Assembly: GCA_951406725.2 (NCBI GenBank)
Contig: OX597833.1
Coordinates: 43,462,001 to 43,526,000 of the forward strand
Direction of reading: 5' to 3'
Source: Octopus vulgaris
Taxonomy: Eukaryota
Length of the DNA stretch: 64,000 bases
This document shows positions 50,961-64,000 of the stretch, piece after piece. Numbering within the stretch: position 1 is the stretch's first letter; every line of letters begins with the position of its first letter. The translations under genes were made by a program, and so were the position numbers. The notes beneath the pieces are model-generated. The model had not been told where the DNA came from and did no database searches. It worked only from the letters and a program-made list of their open reading frames with translations.

Positions 50961-51564
50961 GACGAAGATCATGAAATGAAGTATTGATTGTCTTATTGAA
51001 TAGATGAAATATTGAATATAAAATATTAAGGGACTAGTATACTTTCTTGCATTAAAGCAGTCTTCAAGGTCCCAGGTTGTGACAAGAGTCATATTCTATA
51101 TTCTACATTAATATTATAAAGAATATAAATAAAACATAGACACCACCTTGAAGGATTTAGTCGAACAAATCGCTCCACCCCAGTGGCGGCTAGTAGATAA
51201 AATTAGCGGGGATGCTCCTTCAGGAAATTTTTAGCCGTTGTTTTAATATTGTGTAAAAGGAAACAAACACATAAAAAGAATATTTATACATAAACTTGAT
51301 TGGTTCGCGTTTTAGCCACTGCCGGGTAGTGTGTTTAATTTGTTCACTGAACACCAATACCATCGAGAAACTACGTAAAGGTTTCGCTTTCATTGTCTCA
51401 TTCTGATTTCTGGTACGTCGACAATGCAGGTTTCCGATTGGTTAAAATTGCATAATTTTAAGCGCTTGTAACTTTCTTTATTATCAATTTCTAGGAAAAT
51501 GAATGCAATTTTTGTCATCAGTATGCAAAATTACATTAGGGTAGAACATTTGAAAAGAGTATCT

Positions 51565-51940
51565 CTACTCTTTTACTCGTTTCAGTCATTTGACTGCGGC
51601 CATGCTGGAGCACCGCCTTTAGTCGAGCAAATCGACCCCAGGACTTATTCTTTGTAAGCCCAGTACTTATTCTATCGGTCTGTTTTGCCGAACCGCTAAG
51701 TGACGGGGACGTAAACATTCCAGCATCGGTTGTCAAGCGATGTTGGGGGTTCAACCACAAACACATATACATATATACGACAGGCTTCTTTCAGTTTCCG
51801 TCTACCAAATCCACTCACAAGGCATTGGTCGGCCCGGGGCTATAGCAGAGGACACTTGCCCAAGATGCCACACAGTAGGACTGAACCCGGAACCATGTGG
51901 TTGGTTAGCACGCTACTTACCACACAGCCACTCCTACGCA
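51565..51940 (-). mobile_element. SINE family A
   Basis: Reverse complement of the full element. Confidence 0.88.
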
Positions 51941-52729
51941 AAATTTGAAATATTTTCAGCGACTGGAAAGAATTTAACAAGATTCCCAATTACATATATA
52001 TTTTAGAATGTGGGATAAAATAGAACGATGAAAAATACTGAGACAAAAAAAAAAAAAAAACGCACCAAAAGATTCTTTTTCATTTGTGATAGCTATTCCG
52101 TAATTCTGCCAGGAAAGCGTTAGAATGTAGTGCTATTAGGTTCGTAATCGATAGTCAGCAGAAGAGATCGGTAACATCTTCCCGTTGTTAATGTGGAGAA
52201 GGAGGTGGGGTCAGCTTGATGTAACAGTGAGTAATAGGAATATTTTCTTCTGGCTGATAATATAACTACCGAAAATAGCCTGTCTGTGACGTTAGAGAAA
52301 AAAAAAAAACTTAGGGTGATATTTTGTTATTTGGAAAATTGTTTTACAGGAGCTGCCTTCATTTCACGTTCTTTATTGCTTGAAGTAATGCCTTAAATAA
52401 CGAGAGAATAATAAATAAAGCATGACTATTGTGATGTGATGATTTCAATCAGTTGTTTCCTTCAGAAAATCTCCTTGCTTTACTTACCCGTTGGGTAACA
52501 CCAAAATTTAGCATATCACACCTTTCAGAATTGTCCGACAGCATATAATGTTTTCTCTCCACCCCGTCTCTCTTTATTTTTTCCGTCTCCTCTTCCTCCT
52601 CCTTCGCTCTCTCTTCAAGTAGAGGACTCTCAGAGACAAAGTAAAAAGCCAGCATTATTCAACAACATTTAACGAATTAATCTTAGCAGCCTTAGATAGC
52701 TTACGATATCCATGGGCACTGCCCCTAAT

Positions 52730-53132
52730 ACTTTCTATTGCAGGCATAGGACCAACAATTACATCGACCATAGTACTTGACTGGTACCTCATCTCACCAA
52801 CCCTGAGAGGATAAAAGGCAATTTCAGAACGTAGAGCTAAGAGAAATGCCGCTAAGCATTTTGTCCGACGTGCAGAAGTTTCTGCCAGCTCCCCACCTTT
52901 ATAATTATTGTAATGATAATCCTTTCTTATTTTAGAATGAGACCAGCAATTTTGAAAAGTGTGGCAAGTCGACTATATTGACTCCAGTGCTCAACTGGTA
53001 CAAATTTTATTGACCTCGAAAATTTGAAAGCCAAAGTCGAGTTCTGCAGCATTTGAACTCAGAACGTAAAGCACGAAGAAATGCTAAGCATTTTGTGCGA
53101 CGCGCTAACGAATCTTTCAGCTCACCGCCTTG
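52730..53132 (-). mobile_element. Two diverged SINE family B copies
   Basis: ATTTGAACTCAGAACGTAAA...CAGCTCACCGCCTT. Confidence 0.7.
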
Positions 53133-53171
53133 ATGATGATTATGATGATGATAAAAATAATAATAATAATA

Positions 53172-53533
53172 AGAGAGCGCAAGCCTCCGTCAAGGCAACA
53201 CCAACGCCCTCTCAACGATTAGCTGAAGATGTTTTTTTCAAATGAGAATATCTGAAATAAACTCGACTGCTCCCACAAACGAGAATACTAAAAATGAATC
53301 CAACAGCTCTCGAAAATTAAATAAAAAGATCGGAAAAATAATCCAGAATCCTTGTTCGGTATCGGATCAATCCCAAAATCTCATCAGTTCATGCCAGTCA
53401 TGAGGCCAAACATCCTTGAAAGTTTCATCTGAATCCATCCAGCGACTCTTGAGATATCTTGTCCACGGACAAGCAAATAAACAAATGCGACTGAAAACAA
53501 TACCTCCGCCTTTACTAAGGCGGAGGTATTGTT
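53172..53533 (+). mobile_element. Non-autonomous Helentron-like element with 3' hairpin
   Basis: 5' CCTCCGTCAAGG sub-terminal motif; perfect 17-bp stem AACAATACCTCCGCCTT-TACT-AAGGCGGAGGTATTGTT. Confidence 0.6.
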
Positions 53534-53549
53534 GTTTATCATTATAATG

Positions 53550-54670
53550 ATAATGGAGTTTGAACTCTCAAAATGTGCTATGATGGTGATGAGACGAGGA
53601 AAGCTAGTCATGACAGAAGGCATATGTATGCCAAGTTATGAAATGGTAAATACAATTGAACCTGAATGGAGGAAGGAGACTGATAAGTGTGGAAGACTGC
53701 GTACGTATCGAACTCGGGAGCTTACTGAGATACCTATCCCAAAGTAAGGAAACCTAGCTAGTGTCAGTTGGAAATGAGGGAGAATTGAAAACAGAGAAAA
53801 AGAAAAATAACAAAGCAAAACGTACAAAAAGGACATGCGGAAGCATTATGCAACAAAGGACTACACAATTAATTTTATGTAGTCACAAATGAATGTTGCT
53901 GGAAAACAAGTGAGATTGGCTGAAGAAAGAGACCGAGAGCATCATACTGGCAACACATGACCAAGCTTTGGCCACAAATTGGAGGACCAACCTTAAGAAT
54001 GAGCAAGTGTCTCCACCGTGCCACACTCGTAATAGAGTGGACGAAACCATTGCTCACATTGCAAACGAATGCTCTAGACTTACCCAAACCCATTACAAAG
54101 TGTGGCGACACAATGAGGTACCGAAAGTGCTACATTGGAAATTGTGCGAAAGGTGGGGGTCTAGAGAAAGGTAAAACGTGGTATGAGCACAAACCACAGA
54201 GTGGCGGAGTAGAAAACTTGCAAAATCCTGTGGGATTTCCCAATCCAAACATATAATGTACTAGAGCTTAACAGATTGGCACTAGTGATGGTGGACAAGA
54301 CGCACCATATAGTTGCATATAGTGCTATATAGTTGAAGTTGTGTGACCCTTAGACCCCCAAAAAAATAGATATATACACGATTCTCTTAAGTACGAAATA
54401 GTCCGGCTATGGAAAATGAAGGTCAAGATAGTGCTAATTATTGTTGGGTCCTCGGGGATAGTATCAGAAGGCATCAAAATGGATATAAAGGAGATCAAAA
54501 TAGACTGCCCAAAAAGTTTTGCCTTCTTGGTACGACCAAAACAATTTAGATAGTACTAGATAGTTGAAAAGAACAGATAGCATGGTACAGTAGGCTGTGC
54601 AGGCAGCAAGCCCGCTACGTATGCAAGACTATGAATTCCAACAAAGCCTGAGTTAATAATAATAATAATC
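53550..54670 (+). pseudogene. R4/Dong-type (RLE) non-LTR retrotransposon 3' fragment with (AAT)n tail
   Basis: FELSKCAMMVMRRGK, LKKETESIILA..DQALATN, ETIAHIANECS..RHNEV..LHWKLC, WYEHKP, ILWDFPIQT. Confidence 0.82.
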
Positions 54671-54689
54671 TTTATTACTAAAGGCACAA

Positions 54690-55146
54690 GGCCGACATCT
54701 TGCTGGATTGGTAACGTGTGGGACAGCCTGCTTCAACTAAATGATGAAAGACCTCTTTGAGCCACGTGAATAGCCTATCTAGAGATGGTGTCTCATCAAA
54801 AACATTAGTTTCTATTGGACCTTATTCACAAACTCCTTTTGTTTTTATGGCAGAATCTATATCAGATAGGTTGTCGCTCAAGTGAACAAGAGCCGCGTCA
54901 CCCTGGGGTGAGGGGGGAGGAAAACCAGTCAGCGAGATCACAAAGTTTCCTACTGGTTCAAACCTTCAAAGAAGCATGAGACTTGAGGTCTCCCACAACA
55001 AGACAAATCTTTCTGAATGCGCTCCGTGCCCAACACCAGAAACTACCAATCAAATTACGGACCTCCGTAATGCTATGATGGACCGTGAAGTCTGGCGTGA
55101 CATAGTAAATTCCATTGTCTCGACCACGGTCGAACAATGATGATGA
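54690..55146 (+). mobile_element. RTE-like LINE 3' end with (TGA)n tail
   Basis: ...DLRNAMMDREVWRDIV... followed by TGATGATGA; also seen at 47709. Confidence 0.6.
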
Positions 55147-55239
55147 CCAATCAAATCAAAAGACGGAAATAGTACTGAGAAGACAAACAGGTTATTAAGA
55201 TTTATTACACGGAAGTTTCAAATACTGAATTAACATAAT

Positions 55240-55685
55240 AGGCGCAGGAGTGACTGTGTGGTAAGTAGCTGGCTTACGAACAACATGGTTCCGGGTTCAG
55301 GCCCACTGCGTATAGACACAGGAGTGGCTGTGTGGTAAGTAGCTTGCTTACCAACCACATGGTTCCAGGTTCAGTCTCACTGCGTAACACCTTAGGCAAG
55401 TGTCTTCTACTATAGTCTCAGGCCGACCAATGCCTTGTGAGTGGATTTGGTAGACGGAAACTGAAAGAAGCCCGTCGTATATATGTGTGTGTGTTTGAAC
55501 CCCAACATCGCTTGACAACCGCTGCTGGTGTGTTTATGTCCCCGTCACTTATCGGTTCGGCAAAAGAGACCGATAGAATAAGTACTAGGCTTACAAAGAA
55601 TAAGTCCTATGGTCGATTTGCTCGACTAAAGGCGGTGTTCCAGCATGGCCGCAGTAAGATGACTGAAACAAGTAAAAGAGTAAAA
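55240..55685 (+). mobile_element. SINE family A with duplicated head
   Basis: Heads at 55240 and ~55316. Confidence 0.85.
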
Positions 55686-55699
55686 AAATACTGAATTTT

Positions 55700-58565
55700 G
55701 TGAGAAAATTATTCCAGACATTAGACCAATATAACAGTTACAAACCTATAAATGCACCAAGAAACATTATAAAACAAAAACTGTTGACAGACATTGACCA
55801 AATAAAAGAAAATATAAAATCAGGATTGAGAAACAACCCAGTGAATGAATACAGCTCACAAATGAACAGACAAAAACTATGTCAGTCATACAAGAAAAAA
55901 TGTTTACATGACTAAGTAAATATGAGACACAATCAGAAATAATCTAACTGGTGAGCAAACTATTGCAGGTGGATATACTAAAGAGATTACCAACAATTTA
56001 TCAGAAATAAATAACGCTGATAAAATGACAAGCGATTGAGTCAAGGACAACTTGAAGAGCAAGTAATTGCTGAATGGATCAAAGTCCAAAATATGAACTT
56101 TCTGCTCCCCCAAAACGATGAAACAAACCAAGAGAAAAACTTCAGAACTACAGACCCATAATATGCTTTACAACAATGTACAAGATCCTTATATCTGTCC
56201 TAAAAGAACGCACAGAGATTATGTGGTCGATTGTCTCTGGATGATCTCCACAAATGCGGCAAGATCGGCTCCTTTTATGTTTCAGGACATTACTCTGGTA
56301 ATTCCTAGCTAGAAAGGACAAATCCTGAGCAGTAGTGATATGCCCCTCAGTCTCTGGTTTGAGATCAGAAGATATCAGGCACCAGTGAATAAGAGTGTTA
56401 TGTACATCAGTGTCCCTGACTCAATCAAAATTTCCCTGATGAACAAAAAAGGCTATAACATGGATCATATGGATGCAGGGACGGGATGTTAAGAAAAGAA
56501 AAAAATGATTTCTAAAGATCGTCACCGCAGTAAAAATACCGAGTGACCTGGAGAGAGTACATGAAGGCATTTTAGTCCTCAAAGCTGGATAGAGAATTGC
56601 CTGAAGACATTCAAAATTCACCAGCAATAAGTAATTTTGCATCATCTTATGCCACGAAGCTCTGGAAACAAACATTAATTCTAAATACGGACCCTACAAA
56701 TATAAATCCTGGAAACGCCAATATAATTGTGGAATCTTTCAAGGAGACTCATTATCTCCTTATTTATCCTACTTAGCACTGTTTTCTTTATGCAAGCTCC
56801 TGAATGTACAGATTATGGATACAAGATGTATGAAAAACCCATAAATTATCTAAGATTTAAAACCTTCTGCATATATGATTGACAACTATAGGCACTCCTA
56901 CTCACAATCAAACAGTTTAGTGGTGACTTCAAAATGGAATTTGGGCTTGGCAAATGCGCCAATGCTACATTGGCCAAGAGGAAGCCATTAAACATTATAA
57001 TATCACTCTAGATAAAGTTATAGAAATAAAAGAATTAGGACTTGAGAGTCGCCATAAGTATCTTATAGATACTTATAGTATGTCAAGGAGATGGCATAAA
57101 ACAAATCACAAAAAAAAAGATAAAGGAGTGCTATGGAAGAGAAAGAGCTATTCTGAAAACCAGAGGCCATAAACATGCAAGCCACACTTGTAACCACATA
57201 GAGCTTCAATATTATAAACTGGTCCATCCCATGTCTGAAATCAACAAAGCTTATGTCAATATTCGAAAGCTGATGACAATGTATCGTATTCATCACCCAA
57301 AAGCAGACATATACCGAATATACCTCCCAAGATAAGAAGGCGGTCTGGTTTTATACAATCTTAGTTCTCATTGAAAATTGTAACCATGGGACTTTCTGCC
57401 AACCTGCATCCAGTAAAACGACTGGATGTTAAAGCTGGCTCTGAAATATGAAGGTACTAAGAAGTTGCACTGAGTGAACGAAAATATATACCCCCGAGTA
57501 TGAACCAGTACCTGAAGAAAATGTATCCCGTACTGATCATGTAAAACAAATAAAAAACAGCCAGACAAACCAGCCTCTACTATACTAAGGAGAAATGGGA
57601 ACAAAAGCTACTGCATGGCAAATACCCCCAATAGAGTCAGGGACACTAATGTACATAATACCCTTATTCACTGGTGCCTGATATCTTCTGGTCTCAAACC
57701 AGGGACTGAGGGGCATATCACTACTGCTCAGGATTTGTCCCTTTCTAGCTAGGAATTACCAGAGTAATGTCCTGAAACATAAAAGGAGCCGATCTTGCCG
57801 CATTTGTGGAGATCATCCAGAGACAATCGACCACATAATCTCTGGATGCAACTAACTGGCACCAACAAAATACTTGCTCAGACATGACAGAGAAGCTCAG
57901 TAAATAAACTAGTCAATATGTCTCACATACAAATTTTCTCACAGCAGTAAGTGGTGCGAACACAAGCCATCACAAGTTGTGCAGAAAGCAGATAATATAA
58001 TATAATGAAATTATTGTATACAGTGCTCAGGTGCACCACAACTTGTCAGAAAGTGTGTATAAAGTATATGCAGTAATGTACAAATGTCTGGAATCAGATA
58101 CATGCTTGTGTGTGTAGGGGGGGGGGGGGGGGCAGAAAATCAGGTGTAGTGTTGGCGAATCTCAAGAAGCATGGAAGTTTTGAAGGGTGCAGTGCTCTGA
58201 CAACTAACAACTGATGCTGGCAGTTTGTTCCATGCTTCAGCAACTCTCAGCGTGAAAAAATGTTTCCTAAAGTCATGGGAGCTGTGCTGTTTTCTGACTT
58301 TGTAAATATGTCCACGGGTGTTAGACGGATGCTTGCCATCCTTTGGAATTTCAATGTTTAGACTGAGAAATGTAGGCTAACCGACCTGATATCATTGTAA
58401 AAAATCATATTTAAAAAAGACTTGTCTTCTGATTGATGTTGTGACCTCAGCTGACATTAGCACAGCTCTGAAAACATTTGAGAATCTGAGTAACTTGGAG
58501 GTTGAACTCAGAAGACTGTGGCATCTCAAAGCAACAACATTATCCATTGTTATTGTGGCATTTTG
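55700..58565 (+). pseudogene. Degenerate R4/Dong-type LINE (RT, CCHC, RLE)
   Basis: CGIFQGDSLSP, MEFGLGKC, IHHPKADI.RIYLPR..GG, LKPGTEGHITTAQD, CRICGDHPETIDHIISGC, RHDR, NRPDII. Confidence 0.85.
58005..58328 (-). mobile_element. CR1/L2-type LINE 3' end inserted in the R4-like element
   Basis: Minus strand SNTRGHIYKVRKQHSSHDFRKHFFTLRVAEAWNKLPASVV. Confidence 0.8.
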
Positions 58566-58979
58566 AATATATTTATTAGGAATTAGTTGATGATTAATTC
58601 CGTTGCTACCCAGAGTTTTGCACCACGTGCATTCAGTCAGGAGGCATTGAAGTGAATGGTTTTGTTGGTAAGACATTGGAAAAGTTGATTCACATTAGTC
58701 AAAAGAAAACAGGTGATGGTTTGTATTGTCAGTTTGTTTATCAATTTGTTTTTGCTGCTGCTAGAATTGCGTAGGGAAGAACACTTCATTTTAATCAATA
58801 GCTTCTAATGTGGTGGTGGTGGGCTACCCAACATCGATCTGGTGAAGACTTTGATGGCTACAGAGATTCAGCGAGTTAACCAGACAAGTAGATAGCATCA
58901 TAAATATTTTAATTGATATTGCTGTTGCTGACTGTTTCAAAATTCAGAATTTCTCAGTCAAGCACAAACTACAATTTCC

Positions 58980-59830
58980 AGCCCCATTAGTGTAGGGGTA
59001 GCCCTATTCACAATATACCAGGTAGTTCCTTAGTTTCCCAAAATAATTGGGAGAGATAGAGTTATTTCTCTCTGATCAGAATGATTGTATATGTCGGTTA
59101 TATCGATTTTTAAAGCTAGTTTCCAGCTAGTCTCGTATCATTCATCCCAATGTATCACCAAGTGTTGCGACTGCTCTATATATCAGACTCTAAGAGCAGG
59201 ACTATTCCCTGAATAGGAAGTTTGAGGAGCTTTCACAGGTTTGTTGGGGTAGGGGCTGTCTCGATGAGCGTTTTAGAGTAAGGTGAGAAATCTGGACAGT
59301 GGTGCCGTTAGATGTAGTCTTCAATGTTATTGTACTGAAAGGCTTGTGGTATTTATATGTATTTAGGAAATGGCATTTTACTAGGGATAAACACTAATGT
59401 AGGTGACAACATTCATGTTGTATGGGGGATTGAATGAAATTATTTGCCTTTCAAAGGTTACTTTTGTTGTATGCCTGTGGTTCGTGGTAGTTTCTCATTA
59501 AAGCCACTTCTTGTATGTCATTATAACAGGGGTATCCTTGTCTAAAGATTGGAAATTTCTAACATCTTCCACATCTTTAATTATGAGTGGAATGCAACGC
59601 CTGTTAATGAATACAGTTTTCTTATTTTGCTTTCTGTAAAAGCGATGTCTACCTGTGGTTAAATCTAGTATAATGTATAAAAAGGAAGCTATTGTTAGGC
59701 ATGTTACAATGGTGATATTTAAATTCAATTAAATTATTTGAATGTTTCAATTGGCTCTTTTCTAAATCTGTCATGGTGTTGTCGTTCATGTGGCATCAAA
59801 TTATTAAGCCATCATCTCTGTACATTCTCC
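58980..59830 (-). pseudogene. Highly decayed Penelope-like element (RT C-terminus and linker)
   Basis: MYRDDGL, SFLYIILDLTTGRHRFYRKQN, FNPPY. Confidence 0.72.
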
Positions 59831-60144
59831 GGGACAATGAAAAATGAGCGTTAATTTCCTGAAGATGTTTTGGATGAGTAATCCAAAACCTGAACAGGTT
59901 TACACCCTACATAAGAAAGTAGGGTATAATCTAAGGGAAGTTGGCAGTTATTTCTAAAAAATCCAATGATCACATAGGGGGCCCATGTTGGTTGTGATAG
60001 TGTGAATGGGGTGGGGGTGACTACAACTAAGTGTAGTTATTGTCTTTACTTTATATTCAATACATACAACTCTCCGTTCTCCAAAAATAAAATCAAATTA
60101 AGAAAAAGACAAGAAAAAGCTTTGATATATATAGCAGGTGTGAC

Positions 60145-60480
60145 AGAGTAAGTATCTTCTACTATAGCTTCAGGCTGACCAAAGCCTTGTGAATGGATTT
60201 GGTAGATGGAAACTGAAAGAAGCCTATTGTATATGTGTGTGTGAGTGTGTATGTTTTTGTGTCTGTTTGTACCCCACCACCACTTGACAACCGGTGTTGG
60301 TATGTTTACACCCCTGTAATATAGTGGTTCAGCAAAAGAGACCAATAGAAAGCATCAGGCTTTAAAGAAAAAAAAAGAGGAAGTACTGGGGGGTCAATCC
60401 ATTTGACATCAAATTTCTCAAGGTGATGCTCCAGCATGGTTGAAGTCTAATGACTAAAAGAAGTAAAAAGAAAAAAAAGA
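60145..60480 (+). mobile_element. SINE family A, headless
   Basis: Core and tail homology. Confidence 0.8.
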
Positions 60481-60715
60481 TAAAATATATGATAAAATCA
60501 GAAGCGAAATAAAAACAACAAACATAAATACAAAAATACATTGTATATAAAAAAAGCAATATATATTAAAAAAAAAATAATAAGGAAGAAATAAGCAATT
60601 TTTTTCCAGATGTTTTTGTTACAAATTTAATTTCTTTTTTTTTTTACTAAAAATTATTACAATACAATTGTTATCACCATCGTTTATGTTAAAAAATATG
60701 ATAAAAAATAGTTAT

Positions 60716-61817
60716 ATTTAGGGATGGTAATTTTTTTATTTTTTATTTTTTTGCCAAATAACCACAAGAACTATATACTTGCACTTCAGTTCAGCTTTAA
60801 TATAATTCCTATTTTAATGTCCTTTGTCTGACATCCTGTGACTTCTTCAGTGACTCTCCATCACATATTCTGTGACTCTTCAGTGACTCTCCATCATATA
60901 TTCTGTGACTTCTTCAGTGACTCTCCATTCCACATGTCTCCTGTTCTGTTTAGTTCATTAGAATGGACTCCAAAAATTCTCAACGGAGGGGCACATAGTC
61001 CCCCACACAAGGGGTCCATTTGGAGATCGAGGAGGACATTTTAGAGCTAAGGGGCTTTCTTGTACCAAACAGCACACTTTCAATAGACAACAAGTTGATG
61101 TTGCATGGTAGAAATAAAGACAATTACCAAACTCTCAATTTTTTGCATTTCAATTTGTACATCTGTACTCCCGATTGCATACAAGCGCATATGTAAAACG
61201 ACGTCCTTTATTTTTTGAATCATTATCTGCTGATATCAAAATAAGTAGTATATTGAAAAATAAAAATTTAGGGATGGTAATTTTTTTATTTTTTATTTTT
61301 TTGCCAAATAACCACAAGAACTATATACTTGCACTTCAGTTCAGCTTTAATATAATTCCTATTTTAATGTCCTTTGTCTGACATCCTGTGACTTCTTCAG
61401 TGACTCTCCATCACATATTCTGTGACTCTTCAGTGACTCTCCATCATATATTCTGTGACTTCTTCAGTGACTCTCCATTCCACATGTCTCCTGTTCTGTT
61501 TAGTTCATTAGAATGGACTCCAAAAATTCTCAACGGAGGGGCACATAGTCCCCCACACAAGGGGTCCATTTGGAGATCGAGGAGGACATTTTAGAGCTAA
61601 GGGGCTTTCTTGTACCAAACAGCACACTTTCAATAGACAACAAGTTGATGTTGCATGGTAGAAATAAAGACAATTACCAAACTCTCAATTTTTTGCATTT
61701 CAATTTGTACATCTGTACTCCCGATTGCATACAAGCGCATATGTAAAACGACGTCCTTTATTTTTTGAATCATTATCTGCTGATATCAAAATAAGTAGTA
61801 TATTGAAAAATAAAAAT
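60716..61817. repeat. Exact 550-bp tandem duplication
   Basis: 60716-61267 equals 61266-61817; identical ORFs 60838-61044 and 61388-61594. Confidence 0.95.
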
Positions 61818-62022
61818 ATTTTCGTGGGGTGGGGGCATTTGTGACTCCAAAAGTCAAAAGGGGGCCTCTGGTCAAAATAGATTCAGAACTTTTGGACTAA
61901 ACAAAACAGAAATCCATTAAAATGGACTAAGCAGAACAGGAGGAGTCACATGGGATGGAGAGACATGTGGGATGAAGAGATCACAGGATGTGTGATAAAA
62001 GATTTCAGACGAAGGATACCAA

Positions 62023-62061
<39 letters not shown>

Positions 62062-62656
62062 TCAACATACAACTTCACATCAGGAATTTTGCAAAGCAAA
62101 ATATAAATGTAAAAACAAAAATACAAATTCACGAAAATAAAATCCTCCCTCTACCCCCCACCCCCGTCAATATTAAAAAGTAAAAGTTGGGGGAGCAATA
62201 TGTAAATATCAAATGGAATGCTTCTGTGGATGGAGGGAAGAAGGAGTGAATAAAGAAGCAGAATAACTGGACAGATACACAGTTACTCAAATGTGCCCAT
62301 CCCACATGAAAGAAAAAAAAAACACTAAAAAATTAAAATAAAATATAAAAATTCAGAAATTTGCACAAATGCAGCAAGGGTAAGCAAATAAATGAATACA
62401 GGGTCTAGTGAACTAAAGGCTAACAGTAAAGAGAAAAAAAGGACAAATTTTTGCCCTTCGGTGTATCTTCATCTGTATAAGTAGATAGATAGACAAACAG
62501 ACAGTTGAACAAATAGATCAATACACAATTAGATATACAACAATAATACAAAAAAAGATGGGAAGGTCAGCTATAGAGCATCTTTCATGAAAAGTCTGCT
62601 TCATCAAGACTGACTTGGTGTAAAACAAAAATATACAAACACTATTTATATATTTA

Positions 62657-62687
<31 letters not shown>

Positions 62688-63111
62688 TTTTGTTGATGTT
62701 GCAAGAATTCTATAAGCTTTCAGAAAAGCATGAATCCTTCTTTGGAAGATCTTGAAGCACACACATAAAGCAGTAAATTTTAATGTAAATATTTACATGG
62801 TATTATTTATAGCATTATGCATGTGTTTTGAGATATTTCAAATATATATATATATATATATACATAGAAGAGGATGTGTGGCATTCAATCATATAATATG
62901 TATATATATATATATATGATAAATGACCATTTGGAAGGCCTCCACGATGGTGGAGTTACAATTTCAGGAGGGTGATTGGGATCACATGGATGAGAAAGGC
63001 GTGATCCAGAGAGGAGTGGACAGCATGCTGTGACCAGCGGTATCAAATGGACGCCCGACGGACTGGACAGTCAAGGTGATATATATATATATATAAATCT
63101 ATATCTGTCTG

Positions 63112-63150
<39 letters not shown>

Positions 63151-64000
63151 ATGTGTGGGTGTGTATATATGTGTTAATATATGTTTCACAACCATTTTCC
63201 TTCCCATGCTCAAATATGTTGAAAATATTTTTAACTACATTCACTGTCACTAGAGCTTATATGTGGATGATGCACTTACCAACTGTTTACTATTTAATCA
63301 TGAACAAGGGAGTGGAATAGGCTTCCATTTACAAGTATAGTCAATTGAAGTTCAGGAGTTTATGGCACATATATATGTTTATATATCTGTCTACACATTT
63401 ATGTATACATAGACATATATGAGGTTGCAAAGAATAAAGAAGAAACATACCTCCAGGATATAATATTATATATAAGTGTATGCATAAAATTGAAGAGAAT
63501 AGTGGCGTGTGAGCGTAATAAAATGTATAACAAAATCATTTGAAAAATATGTTGCAATACAGTAAAACTCAAAAAATATTTCAAAATATTTCAGTGGAAT
63601 GATATGAAGTAAATGAAAAACAATTATAAAAAAAAAAGAAAAAAAAAAGAAAGAAACAAATAGTGATTTCTACTTCTGCATTGCATTTCTGCCCCTGCAT
63701 TTTGTCCAAGGGTTTTTCAGTCGATTATATAAACCCCAATAATTCACAGGTACTTATTTTATCAACACTGAAAGGATGGAATGTAAAGTTGACTTTAGTG
63801 GCATTTGAACAAGAATTGCAGCTACCTCATGGAGTTTATTTTACTGCTCTTCTGGACCAGTCAATACAGATTCAAATACAAAATTTTTTTTAAATAATCA
63901 AAAATTATAGAAAATACCGTCACCAAAATTTTACTACTTTATCTTTTTTATCGTTTAAAATTTTTCTTTTAATATGAAAATATAAACAAATTATGCTTGT

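Overview
AT-rich, microsatellite-dense animal genomic DNA with no recognisable host protein-coding exon. The SINE families and repeat spectrum suggest a coleoid cephalopod such as Octopus (inference). Almost all long ORFs in the track are microsatellite artefacts. The window is a graveyard of mobile elements: several Penelope-like elements (PLEs; RT + GIY-YIG) and their pLTR remnants, Tc1/mariner and pogo/Tigger transposons, MITEs, a Gypsy integrase fragment, CR1, RTE and R4/Dong-type LINE fragments, Helentron-like elements and dozens of tRNA-derived SINEs. There are also two tail-to-tail U6 snRNA copies inside a ~750-bp palindrome. The PLE termini carry a series of hammerhead ribozyme (HHR) motifs, including minimal dimer-type forms and a U3-A8 core variant. 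The most notable signal is a hammerhead whose strands occur in a reversed order that is not type I, II or III, forming a double pseudoknot with two extra helices. The same architecture appears in two sequence-unrelated repeat families (2231-2327; 1020-1114 and 38703-38797), and a third relative appears to begin at the predicted cleavage site (20331-20381). All RNA structures were paired by eye; no folding software or database search was run.
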